This document shows, piece by piece, positions 42,478-59,323 of a DNA stretch of 64,000 bases; the stretch's first letter is position 1, and every line of letters starts with the position of its first letter. This DNA comes from the human T2T-CHM13v2.0 reference genome, Homo sapiens, in assembly GCF_009914755.1 (NCBI RefSeq), contig NC_060927.1; one strand, 5' to 3'. The notes below the pieces were generated by a model. That model was not told the DNA's origin. It searched no databases and worked only from the letters and a program-made list of their open reading frames with translations. The position numbers and the translations under genes were made by a program.

Positions 42478-43727
42478 TACATACAACCATTTTCTAATGC
42501 CTGTTTAATAAGGTGTCCTCCACTCCTTGGGGAGCTCTGTGGTCTATCGCCCTGCTCAAAGCCTTCAGAAATACGCAGTGCTGTTGGCATCCTCCTCAAC
42601 CTTGTTCGTTTTCACTACTTGTGGCAAAACTAATTCAAATATTACATGTGGATATAATTAGGTGTTAACTGATTTCCTTGAAGACAGCATTAACTTTCCA
42701 CTTTCTCATTATCTTGGGTGTTTCTATGCCTCACAGTGTGGCAGGGATATTTTTACTCTGCTTTAGTTAACCGCAAATCCACAGGTGTGTTTTGTACTTT
42801 CACTAGTTGAAAACTGGTAGATGCAGTACTCACACATGGCCAAGAGATGGTGCTATTGACCCATTTAGGTCCAGCCTTTATGTTTTGTATGCTGTAGTCA
42901 TCTAATTTGCTTGCTTGTCTTTGAGTTTGTTTCAGAGAAAAGGTCCAACATCAGAAGAGTTGAGAGGTTATATGATACTGGCTAAACTCTTAGATCCTCT
43001 AGGCACTCAAGAAAAAAACATAACAAATAAAAACTCTGGTTTTAAAGATGCAGAGAAATGTCTGGCAATGCACCCTCAGGGGACCTCTCATTCCAGAAGT
43101 CTAGAAACCTCCCAGAAGGAAGAAGCACTTGCTTTCCTGTGTCCCTATGTTTGCGAAAGCTACTCAGCCATTCCCTGGAGAGGTTTCTCTTGGTGCAGTC
43201 TCTCAGCTGACGTTTTGGATCACAAATGAGCAGTCCGCACATAACTCAATTTCAAGAGTTAAAAATCTTAGCCTTTAGTTGGGAACAATTTTCCAACAAA
43301 CAGGATGTGGAAGTGATGTTATCTGAGGGAAGACATGGTGCCTCTGAGCTGTTAGACCTTTCCAAACTACACATATGCCTGGCCTGTGTTCACAAGTATA
43401 CACACACACACACACACACCCGCCCCCCCCCCACACACACACACTCATTCCCCTTCTCTCTCTCAAGTGACCTGATCTCCAATCCCTCTGCAGCCTCCTG
43501 AGGGCTTCTTATTCTTTAATATGAATGAGAGTCACCAGGCAAGTTTATTAAAATGCAGATTCCAACTCAGGAGGCCTGGAGTGGCCCAAGGCTCTGCATT
43601 TTTAACAAGCTCCCAGGGGATACCGGCCATCTGGGTTTGCAGGCCACATTCTGAGGAGTAGAGGTTCGTGGCAGTGCAGAGTGGCATAATGACAGGCATC
43701 AATGTGGTTGATTCAGAGATGCCCCAG

Positions 43728-44385
43728 TGTTACCGGATCAAACCCAGGGTCGGGCTGCTTATTCTCAAGGCCCAGTAATGAGATGCAGATGAACTGGGAG
43801 AGAAGAGAATTTATTTCTGTAACCGGGTAGGCAGACCAACTTAAAATTACAAAGCTTTCCATTGTTTATATACCTTCTAAGCTATATGTCTATGTGTAAG
43901 TGCATTCATCTAAAGACATAAGTGGTTAACTTCTCCTAATATAACTAAGGTCTGAGTTTTGAAGACCTTTCTCTGGAGCCTCAGTAAATTTACTTAATCT
44001 AGATGGCTCCAGGTGCCGGAGTGATTACCCTTATCTCGTCTCCTGCTAAATCATGGAGGTTTGAGGAGTTCCTTTAGACCATCCTCCCCACCCCCCTGCC
44101 CAGTAAAACTTGTTTGTGGAGGTCTGGGGAGTTTCTTCAGACCCCCAATAAAACTTGTTTAATCCTACATGGGTCCTGTTAAGAATTCCTTCGTTATCGT
44201 GTCAGGCTTCAAGGCCCAGGAAAGGCCTAGGCAAAACTCTTGGTGGGCTTTGTTACATTCCAGCCTTTGCATAAGGAGACTGGCTCTATTAGCTTTTAAT
44301 ATTTAACCTAACCACTCAGTCAGTGCCGCAACAGTTGTCATGGAGGCTTGCCTGTTCAGCTGTTAGTGAGACCTGGCCTGCCATG
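43728..44385 (-). mobile_element. ERV1 solo LTR (MER51-like)
   Basis: TGTTACCGG terminus and LTR-like composition. Confidence 0.6.
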
Positions 44386-46066
44386 CCAGGACTCAGAATC
44401 AGAAGCCCTGGATTCAGATTCGGGCTCTACCACTTTCCAGCTTTATGGCCTGATCAAGCCAAAGCCAGCCAGTCTCTCACAGCCTCAGTTTTCTCAGCAG
44501 CAACTTAAGGATAATTGTGCCTCGGATCAGAATGACTATTCTCGGCACAAAATGAGATGATGTGTATGGCATCAAATTCAATGCCTTGCCATAGAAAGTG
44601 CTTGGTTATGCTTTTTAGGAAATGTGAGACTTACGCATAAAATGGCAATGTGAATACTGGAGTTGAACACCTGGAGCTACTTCTAGTGCCTCATGGAAAT
44701 GACCTATGGAATCATTTTCTAAACTTCCTTGATCATTAAAATTACCAGGACACTGTGAAAAACACAAACTCTTAAGACCTGTCATCTCCCAGATCCTGAA
44801 CTCGAATCTCTGTGGAGGAGAGGGGCTTACATTTCTAACAAGTGCTCAGAAGGATTCGTGAGATCAGGCATGTTTGAAACACTAGCCTACAGAATATAAA
44901 AATATGGAAAAACCTGCCTTCATTCTGGAAACTAGAAAAAGGTACCCTGTATCTGTCTGAAACAGCAGCATTTTTCTGTTATCTATCATAAGGATGGGGC
45001 CAAAGGCAGCCTAGAAAGACAGCTCCAACACTCTAGTGAAAGATGGAAGTAGGAGAAAGTGGGGAAGACCAGTCACCAAACAGACCCCTACAAAGCCCTT
45101 GACTCAGAGGGCTGCAGGCAGGCCTGGAGGGGCCTCCAGGCTTCCATCCAAGGGGTATCTGCACTCCTGGAAGGCAGGGAGTGGGGCTTCCTGCTTGGCA
45201 ACAGGGGAAACCACATGCACTGAAACCCTCATCTGGGGTCTGCTTCTCCTGGGAGGATGAATATAGGGAGGAAAATCAGCAGGATCACGAAGACATTACA
45301 ATGTTGTGCACACCAAAATTTAACATAAGAATTCCCTTCCCTCTAGCAATTCACTTCTGGGAATTTATGACAAGTAAACAATCAAGCCGTGGGACAAAAT
45401 TGAATGCATTCAGATGTTCAATGCACTATTGTTTATAACACTGAAAATTTTGAAACAACAGGAGAATGGTTAAATCAATGAGAACTGAAAAGGATTTAGG
45501 CAGGCAAAGAGTGGGAGGTGGCAAGCTTCAGAAGGAGGGCTTGGCAAACGCAAAGTCTTCCCGTGAGAAAGCAGTGGACCTGAGTGATTGGAGCACAGGA
45601 TGGGGACATAGGTTGGCATGAGAGGAGTGAAGCTGAGAAGCAAGCCAATTAGACAGGGCCTCACAGACCATGGCAAGATGCATGAATGCTATCTGAGGGC
45701 ATTGATGAGTTCCAAGCATGGGAGCAGAACAATTGGATTTATTCTAAGAAGCTGATTATGGCTGTTAGTCAGAGAGAGGAACGTACAGAAAGCAAGAGCA
45801 GAGGCGAAAAGGCCAATGAGAGGCTACTACACGTGGAATGATGGTGGTAAAGAGGCAGAGAAGTGGGTGGACAAGAGACTCGCTTGGAGATAGAATTAAC
45901 AGGACTTGCTGTTGTGTTGGCCATAAGTGGCAAGGAAAAGATGACTTCCAGGATTTTATCTTTGGAAATTGGGTGGCTGGGAGTGACATTATTAAAATGA
46001 GGGAGGCTGGGGTAGAAAGACAGGATTGAGGAGTGGAAACAAGAATTCCATTTTGAACATGTTGAA

Positions 46067-46198
46067 TTTTTTTTTTTTTAATAGAGACAGGGTCTCACTA
46101 TGTTGCCCAACTGGTCTTAAAATCCTGGGCTCAAATGTTCCTCCCACCTCAACCTCCCAAAGTGCTGGGATTACAGGTGTGAGACATCACACCTACCC
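46067..46198 (-). mobile_element. Alu monomer (FLAM) in L2
   Basis: Single arm; TSD TGAACATGTT. Confidence 0.85.
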
Positions 46199-46550
46199 TG
46201 AACATGTTAAGTTTTAAATGCCTAAGAGACATCCAATCAGAGATGTCAAGCAACTAGTTGGATTTGTAAGTCTGGAGCTCAGAGAAGACATAAATTCAGG
46301 AGGTATCAGCCCATAGAATATTTTTAAAGCCATGAATGAATGAGTTTCTTTAGGAATGTATAAAGAGGGCCCAGAAGAAATCCATATGGAACACTAAAAA
46401 CGCTAGTTTTGAAGAAGTATATCTGGTGTGACATCATTTTGGTTAAAAAACAAAGCCCCAAAATTCCATCATAACATAAACGCAGAAGATATCTGCATAA
46501 ATAAATATTCATCTAACGGTTTATGGGGGTTATCTCTGGATAGTTGGGAG

Positions 46551-46715
46551 CAAAACGCTCATTGACACCCATGAAAGTCAGGTCTATGCCCAAGAACCTT
46601 TTTGCACCTGGTCTTTCCCAAATGGCTGCTTAAGGGACCCAGGAGGAGGAGCCTGGAAGTTATGGTGCCCGATTTGATGATGAACCTAGGAGAAGCCACT
46701 CTGCATTTGTTACCC
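46551..46715 (+). repeat. ~165-bp direct copy of 48197-48360
   Basis: About 20 differences (~88% identity) by manual alignment. Confidence 0.92.
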
Positions 46716-48196
46716 AAGGGAATAGGAGGAATGGGAGGGCTTTCATTTTCTCAGTTGTATATTTCTGTCAACATTAAAACTTTTATAAAGAACATCATTA
46801 TTACTTTTGTATATAGAGAAAAACAATAAATAAAATTATTTTAAATGGTGGCATCCATTGTTGGTGAAGCCACTGTACAGTGGAAACGCACATCTCTTTG
46901 GAGAAAATGTGAATTGGTATGACTTTCTGAAATGACATTTGAATGAATTTGAATGAATTTCATGCAAATGAAATTTTATGTCAAGCTCCTTAAAATGTTC
47001 ATATCTTTTCACATTCAGGCACCTATGCTAGGGAAATAATCAGAGATGGGTGTTAGGAACCATGGAAAGATTTCAGTAGTTTTAAGATAACAATTTGGCC
47101 TGGGTCCATGAACCCTACAAATGCCCCCAACTTGGCTGGGTCCAGCCATCCCTTATCTCCATAACATCTTTAAGGGAGCTGTACACACAAGGAACAAGGA
47201 ATGTATGGGACACCAAATGACCACTGACGATTCCCTACCTCATGTCTGCACCTTTGCCTGCAGAACTCCATGGAGTGCGTGCTTCTTAGCCCAAGGCCCC
47301 AGGGAAGTTTCTCCCAAGCCCAGTTTCTGGATGAATACACATGAAATGGTGAGGTGGCTGAGTCCACTCTGGAAGACCGGGCCTCCTTGCGTGGTTGAGA
47401 GGAGAACATCAGAGACAGGGACCATGCTCAAATGCACCAGCTTTTAATAACTGGGTTTGGTACCATGGCTTGTCACCCCACTCCACCCCAACCACCAGAA
47501 TAAAAACGTATTATTAGACTCTAGCAGAGGCCGACTCACCCTGAAACAAACACACTGGGACTTTCTGGTGCCTCGCCTGTCCAGGCCTCCTCCTTGCCCC
47601 TGAGCCTAGTATTGCATTCATTCATATGCTTTTATTCCTTTCTTAAAGGGGGTCTCTAAAACTGCATAAGTCTCAGGTCCCAGCAGACTGGGATGTTCTT
47701 GCTTTCAGAAATTTGAGATGGGAAATAAGAAAATAATCCAGCCGTTGGTGGTAGGAGCTGCAGCTGTCTGAAAGGAGGGATCATGAGGGACCCTGAGGAG
47801 AGCAGAGCAATGAGCACGCCAGAGATTTGTTTCAGCTGGCCTTGTGAGAGCACTAGGCCTGGAGAGTGAAAAGGAAGATGCAAGTGCCGGCAGAGCTGCG
47901 GTGTTGCGGGGAGGAGTGAATGAGTGAGTGTGATGATGCATGACTGCCTGAGCTTGCACTCTGCACAGTGAGTGCTTGCTGAACTTCGTCGGTATAGTTA
48001 TTGTTAGCACTGCTGATATTACTGTGAAGGTCCGCGCACTCCATTTCCTGGGGTCCTTGGAGCCTGGTTCTGCTCTGGATAAAATGGTCAGGGAAGTCTA
48101 ACATGCAGCTCTGAGTACACCCCCTGAAGGGGACAGAAGCTGAGAAATTGACCCTCCTCCACTTCACACGTACACCAGAATAGGGAGACCACGGGA

Positions 48197-48360
48197 CAAA
48201 GCGCTCATTGACACCCATGAAAGTTAGGTCTGTCCCCAAGAACGCCTTTCCACCTGGTCTTTCCCAGATGGCTGCTTGAAGGGCTCAGGAGGAGGAGCCT
48301 GCAAGTCATGGTAACCGATTTGATGATGAACCTATGAGAAGCCACTCGCATTTGCTACCC
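48197..48360 (+). repeat. Second copy (probable donor) of the ~165-bp duplication
   Basis: Matches 46551-46715. Confidence 0.92.
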
Positions 48361-50286
48361 CAGGCCACCCACATTGGTGTTCTTTGTTTCTACTACTAGT
48401 TTACAACATCTTTCTATTCTACTGCCAGGGAGGAAAAAAGGTGTTCCACAAAACTGCCCAAGAGGACATACCTAGGAGGAGCGTCTGACATCAGCGGGGA
48501 TCTTTGTGCTGCCCTTTCAAACCCTCGCCTCACTAATTACCCAGCAGGAGACAGCCAGCTCCATCCATATTGGAGTTTCACCTTTAATTAAACTTTAATT
48601 CACTCATGCCTTATCCTTGTGGCCACATGCTGCTGGGAATCAGTGCCACAGCAACTTGGACCCAGGCCAGAACCTTGCAGAAGAACACCCAGAGGCATCA
48701 CCAAGTAAAAATAGACTTTCCTGACTATTAAATCCAACACTGTACTCAGGGAACCAACAAGAGTGCTCTCAAGGAAAGCTGTGATCTGCCTATAGGCAAA
48801 GAATGGATGATTTCAGTAATTCCTCCCCTCCCCTCCCCGCCCCAACTACACAGGGAGACTCAAACAAACTAGGATTATACAATTACCCATTTAACTTCAT
48901 CTCATTTCCGATAAGAAGTAATCAGGGGAAGCATAAGAAAACCAAGAACTTCCAACCACTCACATTTATGAAGTGCTAACTCCGTGCCAGGCATGATGGG
49001 GAAATGAGATGAAATCAGCTTTCTGTAGACATTGTCAGGGCCCTGCCTACTGTGCACCTGGCAGTCACCTACAGTTCCCACAGGCCCACAGCTTCCTACC
49101 CTACACATCTGCATGTCTCTGACAGGCCATTCTCTGGCTGTGGGCATGTGCGGCAAGTCAGCAGGACTGCCCGGAAGTGCCAGGGAGTTAATGCTCCAGG
49201 AGTGGTTCCAATGAGGGACAGGAGCTGGTGGACAAACACCCCAGCTTCCTCAACTATTGGTTCCACTTCTTCTCTCAGAATGTCTCTCAGAAGGTCCCCC
49301 AGGAGGGAGCCCCAGGTGACTGCCCTAGCCTCCAGCTCATTAATTCACCTTGTATTGGCTTTCATTCTTCTCTGACTCACTTCCCTTCTCTCTCACCAAG
49401 CTTTTAGGAATCACTTTTCAGATAAACTACTTGCACCCAATCCTAGTCTCAGTGTCAGCTTTTGGAGGAACACTAACGAAGACACAATTTTAGTCTTAAC
49501 CTTGATGATAATGACACAAGTTAACTTTAATAAACGTGAAGGCCTAAAACTCAAATATCCATAAGCCAAAAGCCAATGTGATCAAATATCTAAGGCCAAA
49601 CCCAAGTGGGGCCTAAGGGGCCCTGGAGAGCAGGTATCCTCTTTGGGAGGTAGCTACTAGTCTACTCAAGAGGCTGTTTCCATGCAAGAAGGTGGGGCCA
49701 GTATTGTTAGAGCTTCCAATTTTTAAAGAGATGCTGGAATTCTGCATTTTTATATGGACTTTCCCAATTTTTGAATGTTGAAATCAACTCAAAAATTTGA
49801 AAGCACTATGAAGCCCAAGAGAAATCCATCCATGGACAAGAGCATGCCCACAGACCCCAGTTTGTGACCTCTGGTTCCACTGGATTTAATAATCCAGCAG
49901 CCACTGTTGACCCTTCCCAGGGCAGTTTAAATTGAGTAGTGAGGCCAGAAAGCATATTGTGGAGAGCTGAGAAAAGAATTGGAAGTGAGAAAATAGAGAA
50001 AGCCAGTATAGATGATTCTTTCCAGAGCAGAGATAGAGTAGTAGATATTGAAGTGAAATAAATATTTTAATTCTTAAAGTTTGGGCACTCAAAAATACCT
50101 TTAAACCAGGAGGCAAGATCAAGGATTAAAGAACAGGATGAAGACAGTGGAGAGACAGGGAGTAACCAATTGAGTAAAGTCCCTCAGCGAAGGCAAGAAC
50201 AGGCGGGCTAGCTGTGGGATTGGCCTTCAACATGAGGAAAGCCTACCATTCTCTGAAATGTGGGGCAGAAGATACATGACACACTA

Positions 50287-50676
<390 letters not shown>

Positions 50677-50777
50677 TTATAAAATTAATATGTGTTTATT
50701 TTGGAAATGTTGGAAAATATAGAAAATAATAAAGATGAAATTAAACATTTCCTGTTATTCCACATCCTAGAAAGAAC

Positions 50778-51466
<689 letters not shown>

Positions 51467-53319
51467 GAACCACTGTTAGTATTTGTGACTATATGTTTTT
51501 CATTCAAAGTGGGCTTATACTATACATACTGCTTTGTAAACTGACTTTTTAATTTTGTAACATATAATGGACATTTTTCCACACCATTAGATATTGTTTT
51601 AAGATATGACTAGTTACAGTCACACCGTATTTTCCAAATATACCCACATCCACATATCTGCCATCCACATGCTCTTCTTACAGTGTGACATTCACGTGCT
51701 TCCATGAAGAAGTGAGGTCTCTGTTTCCTCCCTTTGAACCTGGCCAGACTTTTGTAACTGCCACAGTCAATAGAATGTGGCATAAGTGATGCTGTGTGCC
51801 TTCCAAGGCTAGTTCATAAAGACAACATGGCTCTGTTTTTTACTTTTTGTTTTTTGCCTTTGGAACCAAACCACATTTGTGAGGAAGTCAGGTCTATATG
51901 GAAAGGCCATATGTGAATGTTCCAGCTGACTGACCCACTTGGGCCTCTAGCTCATATCAGCATCTGCCAACACGTGAGCAAACAAGTCTTCCAAGATAGC
52001 AGACTTTAGGTCTTCCACTTAAAGCCCCAGGCATTACAGAGTAGAAATAGGCCTTACTCCCTGCTGCCTAAGTTCCTGATCACAAATTCCGTGAGAGATA
52101 GTAAGTGATCATTGCTAGAGAACCAAAGCAGTATTGCATTTCATGGATATATCACAATATTGCCCTTTTGGGGGGCTTTAGATTGTCTCTAATTTTCTGC
52201 TATTATAAATAACACTGAATGAACCTCCATGTAGCTGATTCTTTGTCTAATTAACATCTCTTTCCTAAGAATAAATGTATAGATGAGCAATAATTAGGTC
52301 AAAGGATATGATCATTTTAAAGGCTTTGGAAACACATTGCTCAATTGCTTTCTAGAATTGTTGAGTCAATTTACATTCTCACAATTAGTGTATGAAAGTG
52401 TGTGAAAGCATTCAGTGAGTTATTCTTAGTCACTGGCCTCTGACGACTTTACATTTCTTTTCCTCGAACTGTCATCCCCACCCCATCTTTGTTAATTTTT
52501 GAGGCTTGTGATTCTGGAGATTGGCAACAAATTAGTGGATACCATGTTGGGAGTTGTTCGGGGCAAGGAATAGATGGAAACTGCTGGTAGTGGGCCATGG
52601 GGCCAGGCAGCTTTGCTCAGAACAGGGATCCAAGGAGGGCTATCAAGGTTGATCACACCACAAACCAGAGGCTCCTCCTACCCAGACTGGATGACGCCTG
52701 GGATAGAAGCTCCAACTGCAGCACTAAGCCCAGGAAATACACCTGTCCCTGCCGTGCTCCTTAAGAGGGTTGATAATAGACGTAGGGATACCCTTTCTTG
52801 TCATTTGTTGTTTTTGTTGAGATAAAATTCACATATCATAACATGAGCCGTTTAAAGGAAACAGTTCAGCGGCATTTAATAGTCACAATATTGTACAACC
52901 ACTGCATCTATCTAGTTTCAAAACATTTCATTGCCCCAAAGGGAAACCCCATACCCATTAGGCAGTTACTCCCCATACCCTTCCTTCCAGTGCCTAGCAA
53001 CCAGCAATCTGTTTTCTGTCTCTATGAATTGATCTATTCTGGGTATTTCATATAAATAGAATCATGCAATATGTGACCTTTTGTGCCTGGCTTTTGAGGT
53101 TTATCCACTTTGTGCACGTATACATCCTTCCTTTCTCCTATTATTTCTGAATAATATTCCATTATATGGATATACCACAATTTGTTTGTCCATTCATCAT
53201 CATTTATGAACATTTAGGTTGTTTCTAATATTTTTTAACCAAAACATGTGTATTAGAACTTTCCCACAGATAGCCATTTTTGTCACTTTTCTGGTCAAAT
53301 CTTCACAATAAGTTCTTAG

Positions 53320-53635
<316 letters not shown>

Positions 53636-55165
53636 TAAGGAATATTCATCACTCTATAACTCACCCCTGAAAATCACTTGATTCCTTAATGAAGCCCTTC
53701 TTTAACTCGACCTGGAATCAATTTCTCTCGTTTACTTTAAAAGCAAAACAAAAACCTTTCCACTGAGTCTATCAGGCAACTTTACAGGAAATCAAAGCAT
53801 TTTTTGATAGCACAGGCCTTAAAAGAAGATATTCAAATGGAGTTGAGACAAACCAGATTGTTCTAGAAGGCATTTCTGATTTCTTTAGCGAAATCTGGGC
53901 CAAAGAAATGGTCACTAACACGCTCCTTTGTACTTCCACATAGTTTAATACATTAAGCACTCAACTAAAAAGGGAGAAGAAGCCAGGCATTTGAGTGTTA
54001 GTGCAAAGAAGCCAAAGAAAGAATCAGTGGCACCAACTTTCTCTACCCAGTCTGTTTTTCCACCACAGGACTCTTGTTATAACGAACAATGTACGTAGTG
54101 TGAAGAGGACGGTACCTTGATACCCCTCTTTTCCTGTAATGAAACTGCTGCCACCCTGTTCTTCATGTTCAGTTGTTGGATCCATGTGGGAACTCAGTGG
54201 GCTGTGGCTGACATATTAGAATTGTGGGGTTGTGGCTCTTTCACTGTATTGTCTCCTAAGCCTTACTCTAGTGGGAAGCTAAATGGAGTTGGCTCCACTA
54301 GTTTATCTTACTTAGGAAGAAAAGTTCATTAAAGCTTTTTTATGGCCAAATCTCGATGACCAGTTCTAGGTTTTTATGTTTTGGGGGTGATTTTCCTTTT
54401 CTTGATCTATTTAGCAATTTAAACCAAATCTACCTAAGCACATTCCATATAACTCCTACTTCTTTTTCTCTGAGGTAAACATAAGAAAGTTTGCTTTAGG
54501 ATTCTGTGCAGTATTTTCTGGTCCCAGAGGTCAAGTAGAATATTTTGAACTGGACAAGGGGTTTTCAGATACTGCTCAAAGATGCAGATATCATCAGATA
54601 AAATACCTGAAGACATGCACCCTCCCCTGCGTAAGTATCTCTCATTCAGCAGGAAAAATCAGGTTTCATAGGTAAGCTGTCTTCTCTCCTCCCCAGCTGT
54701 TTGGGATGTAGGCTGTTAGTTACAGGGATGGGGGTAGGTTGAATGAGAAAATATTTTGCAATGTAGATAGAAGCATGTATTATTAGTCCAGACTGTTTTG
54801 ATCACATGTGCCAGAAACACAACACAAATTAACTTAAGCATAACAAGACAGTTTATATGTTCATTAAACTAAAGTTTCACAGTTATAGCTGTCTTCAGTC
54901 ACACCTGAATCTAGGAGCTCAAATGATGCCCTCAGCTCTGCCTTCCTCAGTATTGTCTTCACTGTTAGGCAGTGACTGGGGTAAGGTCAGCCCCAGCTGA
55001 ACCAAAAGACAGAGAGGGGTGGTTGCCCAGAATAAAAGCTAAAATTTCAGGATAGACAAAAACAAGATATTCTATCACAGAGGGTCCTATACTGTGCATC
55101 TTTATCAAAGTGACTCCATAAATCTTGACCTGAGATACCACATAGCTTGATCTCATGATGTCTCT

Positions 55166-55531
55166 TGCTATAGACTGAATGCTTGTGTCTCCCCACCCCA
55201 AAATTCATGTGTTGAAATCCCAATTCCCAATTTGATAGTATTAGGAGGTGGGGGCATTTGAGGGGTGATTAGGTCATGAGGGTGGAACCCTCACGAATGG
55301 GATTGGCACCCTTACAAAAGAGATTCCAAAGGGCTCCCATATCGCTTCTGCCATGTGGGGACACAGTGAGAAGATATCATCTATGAATCAAGACACCAGC
55401 CCTCACCAGATAATCCTGAATCTGCTAGCTCCTTGACCTTGGACTTCTAGCTTCCAGAACTGTGAGAAATGAATTTCTGTTCTTTATAAGTCAGTCTATG
55501 GTGATTCATTATAGCAGCCTGAACTAAGACA
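55166..55531 (+). mobile_element. MLT1A-like MaLR solo LTR
   Basis: TGCTATAGACTGAATG...GAACTAAGACA; 5-bp TSD (T/C)CTCT. Confidence 0.8.
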
Positions 55532-56340
55532 CCTCTTGAGCATCTGTTATGTGCCATGCATTGTGCTAAGTGCTGAGTGCTAGGAACACTGATGAGCAAA
55601 ATAGACACTCTCTCTGCCCTCATAGAGTTTGCATTTTAAGGGCAATATACTTTTTTATGATTCTAGCCAGACTAGTCCCTGTCTTCTTCATGAATTCCCA
55701 CACAACAATTGGTGCAGGGAATGTCATAGGCCAGATTGCCTCCAGGCAGAGACTGAGATGACAAGGATTAGATACATATGATTTATGGAGGGAGTGTTCT
55801 TAGAAGAAAGGTGAGAAAAAGAAATAGGATGGAGGGAGAAGAGCTAAGCACGAAATTGGGCTCAGCTGGTGTCAGCCTCTGCCTATCTCATGGGAAGCTC
55901 TGAGCATGAATTGTACTACAGGGTTAGTCCCAGCTTGAGGCAAGAGGGTGGACCTTGTGTGCCCCAATGTCAGTCACTCAATGGCTGTGGGCTGCCCTGG
56001 ATGGGCTGAGGGTGAAATATTCCAGGCCAGATGGCTCCTGTTCTGCCAGGGCAATTCTGTGATGGGGGCAGCTGTAAGCCATCAGTCACCAACACTCTCA
56101 GCAACTGGGTGGGTCCACTGGCCTTGGGAAAGGCATTTTGGTGGGACACCACAATCTCACTACAGAGAAGATGATGTTGGTCACATTTTTCATTAGGTAA
56201 TGTATAATTTCTGTCTATGTATTGGATAGCAGCTTTTACTCAATTTGTTTTCCAGTTATTCAATTACTTAAGTGATATGACCAGAAAGCAAAATAATAGC
56301 AATTATAGTAATATAGGGAGATAAATATAAACTCTCTTTA

Positions 56341-56657
<317 letters not shown>

Positions 56658-57584
56658 GACTGCTCTAGTACCTTGGTGACCATTTTAGGCCAAAAAACAA
56701 ATAATAATAATATTATTATTATAATAAATTAAAGCCACATTGTAAGCTGAATCTTTCTCAACAATGCCTGGGGTTTGTCAGAAACATTAAGAGAATGAGC
56801 TGAATGCTGTAAATTGTGCTTAGCAACTGGAGAGTGCCACATCTACCAGGAAACCTTTGCTTCCTAAAAATGGAAGCATTATCTGGTGAAATCAGGACAA
56901 TTACAGCCACTAATCATTTGTAACTGAAAGCCTGTAACTGAATAAAATAGGAGTTGAAAACTCCAAATCTAATTTGTCTGTAATGGACAAAAGATTATGT
57001 CTATTAGGACATCCATTTCAGATAAAAAATGAGCAGTATTGCTCAAAGTCTTATGCTTCTATTTTAAGATGGACTTGTTTATTAGGAATTGCAGTTTTGT
57101 TGACCTCAATAACTTTACGGGAATTATGAAGATGTGGAACATCAACCGACTCATGTAGGGAGGGAAGAACTGGAAGCCTTGGGACCCAGAGTCAGCAGAT
57201 GCCCTGAAGTCAGGTTGGAGGTCTGCATCCACTGTGAGAAATGGCCCAGCTAGATTTTGTGTTGAGGAACTGAAATGAATACCCACACACGTGTGTGTGA
57301 ACACACATACACATACAGCTTACTGTCTACACTAACATGACCTTGCTTTTCTATCATATTCATTTGCACTACTTTGCCATGCTAGGAGATTCCAGTGCAG
57401 GAAAATAACTTGAAAGTTCATCATCCTGAAAAATACCTCATAAGAAGCATCAACAGATAGCTTACTTCCTAAGATTCTCCAATCCCATCACCTCAAAATC
57501 CTTACCATCCTGTTTCCACCAATTGTAAACCATTAGTCATGATCCTTATTCAATCTTAATCAAGTATCTCATTGAAAGACCTAA

Positions 57585-57884
<300 letters not shown>

Positions 57885-58288
57885 TGATTTAAATGAAACC
57901 CAATTCTCAATAAAATCCAGCTTTGTCTTTGCTTCTTGAAGACAGCCAAAGCTCTGTTGCAGTGGTGTTCTTCCTTACCACAGAAAACAATCTACTCAAA
58001 ATTGCCTTATCAATAGGTTGCACTGGTGACACTGGGGGGCTTTCATTCAACGGTATTTAATGCTATAGCTCTTCTCAGGCATAAATCTTAGTGCTTGCTT
58101 CTCCAGCATCCTCAGTCTCTTACTTCAGGGCCATTTCTTGAGTCCCTGCTTCTTTTGTTTTCCATTACGCTAAATTCACTCAAGGAATACCCAAAAGGGA
58201 CATAAATACATTTTAATAGGTAGAAAAATTATATGTGAAACTTTATGTACCTAACATTAAAGTTTTAAAATATAAAAAACAAAAATGA

Positions 58289-58721
<433 letters not shown>

Positions 58722-59026
58722 TCCTTTCCTTTCTTAATAAACTTGCTTTCACTTTACTCTATGGACTCACCCCAAATTCCTTCCTGCACAAAGTCCAAGA
58801 ACCCTCTCTTGGGGTCTGGATTGGGACCCCTTTCCAGTAACTTCTTCCTGGCAATCCACAAAGGGATTATACTGAGGAGATCCCCGACCGAAAGGTAAGA
58901 GACTGTAGCACCATTTGGCTGACTTTGTATAAGTGGTGGGATATATTTTACCTGGCTAAAGGATGGGATTGTGTTAAAGGCCCAATTTAGAGGAGTTAGA
59001 GTCTCTCCTAAGACAGAGTGGGTTAA

Positions 59027-59323
<297 letters not shown>

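Noticed and set aside
47930-48017. Possible C/D box snoRNA (GTGATGA ... CTGA, ~88 nt)
   Set aside because: The terminal stem does not pair in K-turn register, there is no clear C' box or recognisable guide, and no evident host intron.
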